Shown piece by piece: positions 60,853 to 64,000 of a DNA stretch of 64,000 nt (positions are counted from its first letter, which is position 1; each line of letters opens with the position of its first letter). A program made the translations under genes and the position numbers. Under the pieces are notes generated by a model, which ran no database searches, was not told the DNA's origin, and was given only the letters and a program-made list of their open reading frames with translations. The DNA lies in the NCBI GenBank assembly GCA_963662465.1, contig OY759599.1, forward strand, positions 448,001 to 512,000, read 5' to 3'. Source of the DNA: Desulfatiglandales bacterium (GTDB taxonomy: Bacteria > Desulfobacterota > DSM-4660 > Desulfatiglandales > Desulfatiglandaceae).

Positions 60853-62580
60853 ATGAACCAGAACAGAATTGCTTTGAAACCCTACCTTGAGCAGATCAAG
60901 GAATTTTGCCTGCCGCTTTCAAAGGAAGAACTGACAGGCGTTGTGGTCGGTCTCGCAAAGGATGTATCCACGTCTGAAAGAGTGGGCTTTCTCGAAAAAA
61001 TCGAATCCGTTCTTCCCGGTCGCGGCCCATCGGAAATCCCCGAAACGCCCCGGATCGATGAGGTCTTAAACGAGATTCAGGCCCTGCGGGAAAGTATGGA
61101 AGAACGGGCTGAATCCATCGAGGATGGCAGTTACTGGGATGACCCGGATGTCTGGGCAGAGAGCGGGTACGACGATGAAGATCCCGACTATGTCAGCGAT
61201 GACCAGATGGAGGATATTGCCGCATTTTTTGCCGAGGCTGAAAGCTTTTTCATGGACGGATGGCTTGAAGACGCCCGTCAGGTATATGCCTCGCTCTTTG
61301 ATCTGGTGGATGATATCGAGCGTGTATCCTATTGGTCATCGCCGGAGGGGTTGGATATCAGAGAGGCGCGGGCAATCTATTCCCGGTGCGTTTTTGAAAC
61401 CGTCGAACCGAGCGGGCGGTTGGCGGCATTCGTTGCGTCAATGGCGGTTACGTCCAGTTCGTATGCGGAGAGAACCCTCTATGATGAGAAATACCCCCTT
61501 CTGCAGGAGGTCATGGATACCAGGGAAGGCCCGATGGAAGGTCTCGAAGCCTTTCTTCCCGATTGGAAGATGATGTTGAGCCGGGATGAAACGGCTGCAA
61601 GGCCTGCCTTCCTGCTCCTTGAAGCGGTTCACCTGACGGACGGTATCGACGGCGTGTCCAGGCTGGCAAGGCAATGGAAAAACAGACAGCCGAGAGGGTA
61701 TCTATACTGGCTTGAACTGCTGAAAAAAGATAACAAACCGGCGGAAATCATCCGGATCGGCAGAGAAGCCCTGGATGCCCTGAAAAACGGAACCTTCAGA
61801 GAGCGTGTGGCGGAGTTCCTGATCGATGCCGCGAATGACCGGAAAGACAGGGAACTTCTCCTCTTCGGAAAGCGGGAGCGTTTTTGTTCCATCGGAAGCG
61901 ACCGGAACCTGCTTGAGTTGGTGGCTGAAGCCGCCCGACAGAACCTGCGAGATGAGGAAATTGAAGAGATCCTCAAGTTTTTTGAAAAGGGCGGCACGGC
62001 TGATGAAAAAGAGATACTGTATACAAAAGTGCTGCTGATGGCAGGGAAACTGGAAGATGCCGTTTCCGAAGCAAAGAATGAACGGGGTCTGGGCTGGTCT
62101 TACGGCAAGGCCGGCGTTGTCTTCGGGGCTGTTCTCCGGTCCCTGTGTGGAAACTCCGGGAAGACGCCCACCATTGACAAGCTCCTTCGGGACTATGCCA
62201 ATAAGATTGACGCCTATTCAGGAAGAATCTCCATTGAAGATGGAAAAATCCCCACATTTTTTGAAGAAATCACAAAAGGACTGCAACAGCGCAAAGATGT
62301 CCCTACTCAGGCGGCTGAATGCCTGTCGTGGGCCGAAAAGATCGGCAACAGCAGGATCGATGGTATTGTCTCCAACAAGCACAGAGGAGCGTACAATCGG
62401 GCGGCCCAGATTCTGGGTGCTTTGGCCGAAACCTACATTGCCATGGGAAATGAGAAAAAAGCATTGCAGGTATTAAACCACTACTACAACGAAAAATACA
62501 ACCGTTTCAGCGCTTTTCGAAGAGAGGTGAAATCGGTGGTGGCAGGTTCACCGGTGCTACGGGGGTGCGGGTTCCTGTAG
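60853..62580 (+). CDS. Hypothetical helical protein
   Basis: 575-aa ORF with AGGAG RBS; acidic patch; C-terminal IVSNKHRGAYNRAA...RFSAFRRE. Confidence 0.75.
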   Translation: MNQNRIALKPYLEQIKEFCLPLSKEELTGVVVGLAKDVSTSERVGFLEKIESVLPGRGPSEIPETPRIDEVLNEIQALRESMEERAESIEDGSYWDDPDVWAESGYDDEDPDYVSDDQMEDIAAFFAEAESFFMDGWLEDARQVYASLFDLVDDIERVSYWSSPEGLDIREARAIYSRCVFETVEPSGRLAAFVASMAVTSSSYAERTLYDEKYPLLQEVMDTREGPMEGLEAFLPDWKMMLSRDETAARPAFLLLEAVHLTDGIDGVSRLARQWKNRQPRGYLYWLELLKKDNKPAEIIRIGREALDALKNGTFRERVAEFLIDAANDRKDRELLLFGKRERFCSIGSDRNLLELVAEAARQNLRDEEIEEILKFFEKGGTADEKEILYTKVLLMAGKLEDAVSEAKNERGLGWSYGKAGVVFGAVLRSLCGNSGKTPTIDKLLRDYANKIDAYSGRISIEDGKIPTFFEEITKGLQQRKDVPTQAAECLSWAEKIGNSRIDGIVSNKHRGAYNRAAQILGALAETYIAMGNEKKALQVLNHYYNEKYNRFSAFRREVKSVVAGSPVLRGCGFL

Positions 62581-62677
62581 AAGTTGACCTTGAGATTTGG
62601 ATGATGGCCTTATCTGATTATTGAAGGGAGGTCGGAAGGGATAAAAGAAGTGTGGCATGGACAGGCCACATTGGGCG

Positions 62678-63013
62678 TTAATGTGATGCGGCTATCAATT
62701 CGAAGCCGTTCTTTTTGATTTCATTGGATATGAAATCATTATCTTCGCTCATATAGTCCTCGTATGAAAAGATGAGCGGTTGGATATCGATTTTGAATCT
62801 GTTTATCAATGCTATCGCCTGGGCCATGATTTCCAATCGATTGTCGTCATTGACGTTTCGTGAAAATATAGCCATGTCAATATCACTGTGTTTTCCAGCA
62901 CGGCCGTGAGCATGTGAGCCAAAGATGAAAGCCTTGTCCACATGGCAGATTCCTTCCACGTCATTCAGATATTTTCGCAAGATATTGATTATTTCAGCTT
63001 TGATGTCAGCCAT
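62678..63013 (-). CDS. Minimal nucleotidyltransferase (MNT) antitoxin
   Basis: IFGSHAHG...SDIDMA. Confidence 0.85.
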   Translation of the reverse strand: MADIKAEIINILRKYLNDVEGICHVDKAFIFGSHAHGRAGKHSDIDMAIFSRNVNDDNRLEIMAQAIALINRFKIDIQPLIFSYEDYMSEDNDFISNEIKKNGFELIAASH

Positions 63014-63396
63014 TCAAATAATGCCTCTGTTTCTCTCAAAATCGATCCTGCTTTTTCCCTGTCTATCAGGGCCGAAAGTTTCTTTTTATAGGTAGGGTAT
63101 CTTCCTTCGATGTAGTAGGTCGTTAATTCGGCCATAAGCTTTATTTGCTTATCGGAAGTGCTTAACGCCATCAGACTGTTAAGGTAAACGAGATTATGAG
63201 AAAAAGGAGCTTCTTTTGAGAATTTTCTGATGTAATTAGCCTTCAGCAATTTTTCCGATGCCTGCCGGCACATGAAAACTGTATAAAGATATCTTCCGGC
63301 AGTCTGCATCGAACGAGCCGTTTGAATATCATAATCGGCGATATCTCGCCAGTATTCTACTTTTTCGGAAATTTCCATTCCGATAGGTATCCTCAC
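62989..63396 (-). CDS. HEPN domain protein
   Basis: W...A.YD..TA, QASEKLLKA, SHNL, RYP; likely start MEISEK (63378). Confidence 0.85.
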   Translation of the reverse strand: MRIPIGMEISEKVEYWRDIADYDIQTARSMQTAGRYLYTVFMCRQASEKLLKANYIRKFSKEAPFSHNLVYLNSLMALSTSDKQIKLMAELTTYYIEGRYPTYKKKLSALIDREKAGSILRETEALFEWLTSKLK

Positions 63397-63531
63397 CCAT
63401 GTTTCCCATCACCAACTTTTGACTATCGACAAAATTGAATTTCAGTGAGACGATGAATATGTTTACCACGAATTCATTTATCGCTCAACCAAAACCGTAA
63501 ACAGAATTTTTCCGGGTCAGGTGGGTATTGA

Positions 63532-63605
63532 TTGTCAAATATCCTTTTTGCCATTATAACCGTTTCCGTATTTATAGCCGAGAAACGGGTTACCGGATGC
63601 CGGTA
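63532..63605 (+). promoter_or_regulatory. sigma70-type promoter and palindromic operator candidate
   Basis: TTGTCA-N17-TATAAC (63532-63560) and TACCGG-ATG-CCGGTA (63591-63605). Confidence 0.5.
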
Positions 63606-63648
63606 TTTTGTGCGACAACGCCATTGAGCGAAACAGGAGGAAATCATT

Positions 63649-64000
63649 TTGACGGAAAAATTCATGAGCATGAGGAACCTGAAATTCCTCCTTTACGAGG
63701 TCTTTGATGCGGCATCCCTGACCCGGTATCCCTATTACGGGGCGTATGACCGGAAGATGCTGGATATGGTGCTGGATGCTGCGTTGGAACTGGCCCGGGG
63801 ACGTCTGTGGTCCCATTTTCAGGACATGGACCGAAACCCGCCGGAATTGCTGAACGACAGGGTGAAGGTGCATCCTTCGGTCAAAAACATCCTGAAAGAA
63901 TTGGGTGATGGGGGGTGGATCAGCATGACCGTTCCCGAAGATCTGGATGGACAGCAGTTGCCCCACGTGATCGCGGACAGTTGCAACTTCATCTTCTGTG
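63649..64000 (+). CDS. Acyl-CoA dehydrogenase, N-terminal part (runs off window)
   Basis: AGGAGG + TTG; MTEKFMSMRNLKFLLYEV...MDRNPP...VKVHP...GWISM...GQQLP. Confidence 0.8.
   Translation, partial: MTEKFMSMRNLKFLLYEVFDAASLTRYPYYGAYDRKMLDMVLDAALELARGRLWSHFQDMDRNPPELLNDRVKVHPSVKNILKELGDGGWISMTVPEDLDGQQLPHVIADSCNFIFC

Noticed and set aside
63535..63966. 143-aa minus-strand ORF
   Set aside because: Shadow of the plus-strand acyl-CoA dehydrogenase

Overview
64 kb of a bacterial chromosome; gene content suggests an anaerobic Desulfobacterota/deltaproteobacterium (inference). (1) 1-11.9 kb: an integron-cassette-like stretch (PD-(D/E)XK nuclease, BrnTA and Phd/RelE toxin-antitoxin pairs, one full and one partial attC-like site) and three group II introns. 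One intron sits in the attC R' box; two near-identical 1903-bp copies sit at the same base of a REP-like palindrome. (2) 9-25 kb: a sigma54-controlled catabolic cluster (radical SAM, hydantoinase/oxoprolinase A+B, three-subunit xanthine-dehydrogenase-family enzyme, racemase) with a divergent PAS kinase/NtrC pair. (3) 25-35.3 kb: permeases, hydrolases and housekeeping genes (mtaB, mnmA, aminotransferase). (4) 35.5-63.4 kb: a decaying accessory/defence island. It contains a Ser/Thr kinase-PEGA protein with two tandem DUF1566/Lcl domains carrying DGR-type variable regions next to a truncated avd, a GHKL-HEXXH protein, Rpn-like nucleases, a degenerate-ATPase/radical-SAM fusion with a broken DUF4338 gene, OLD-like ATPase + DUF5131 + type I R-M (hsdS frameshifted, hsdR split by an IS91-family element) and HEPN/MNT. 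An acyl-CoA dehydrogenase starts at the right edge. All family assignments are by motif recognition, not database search.
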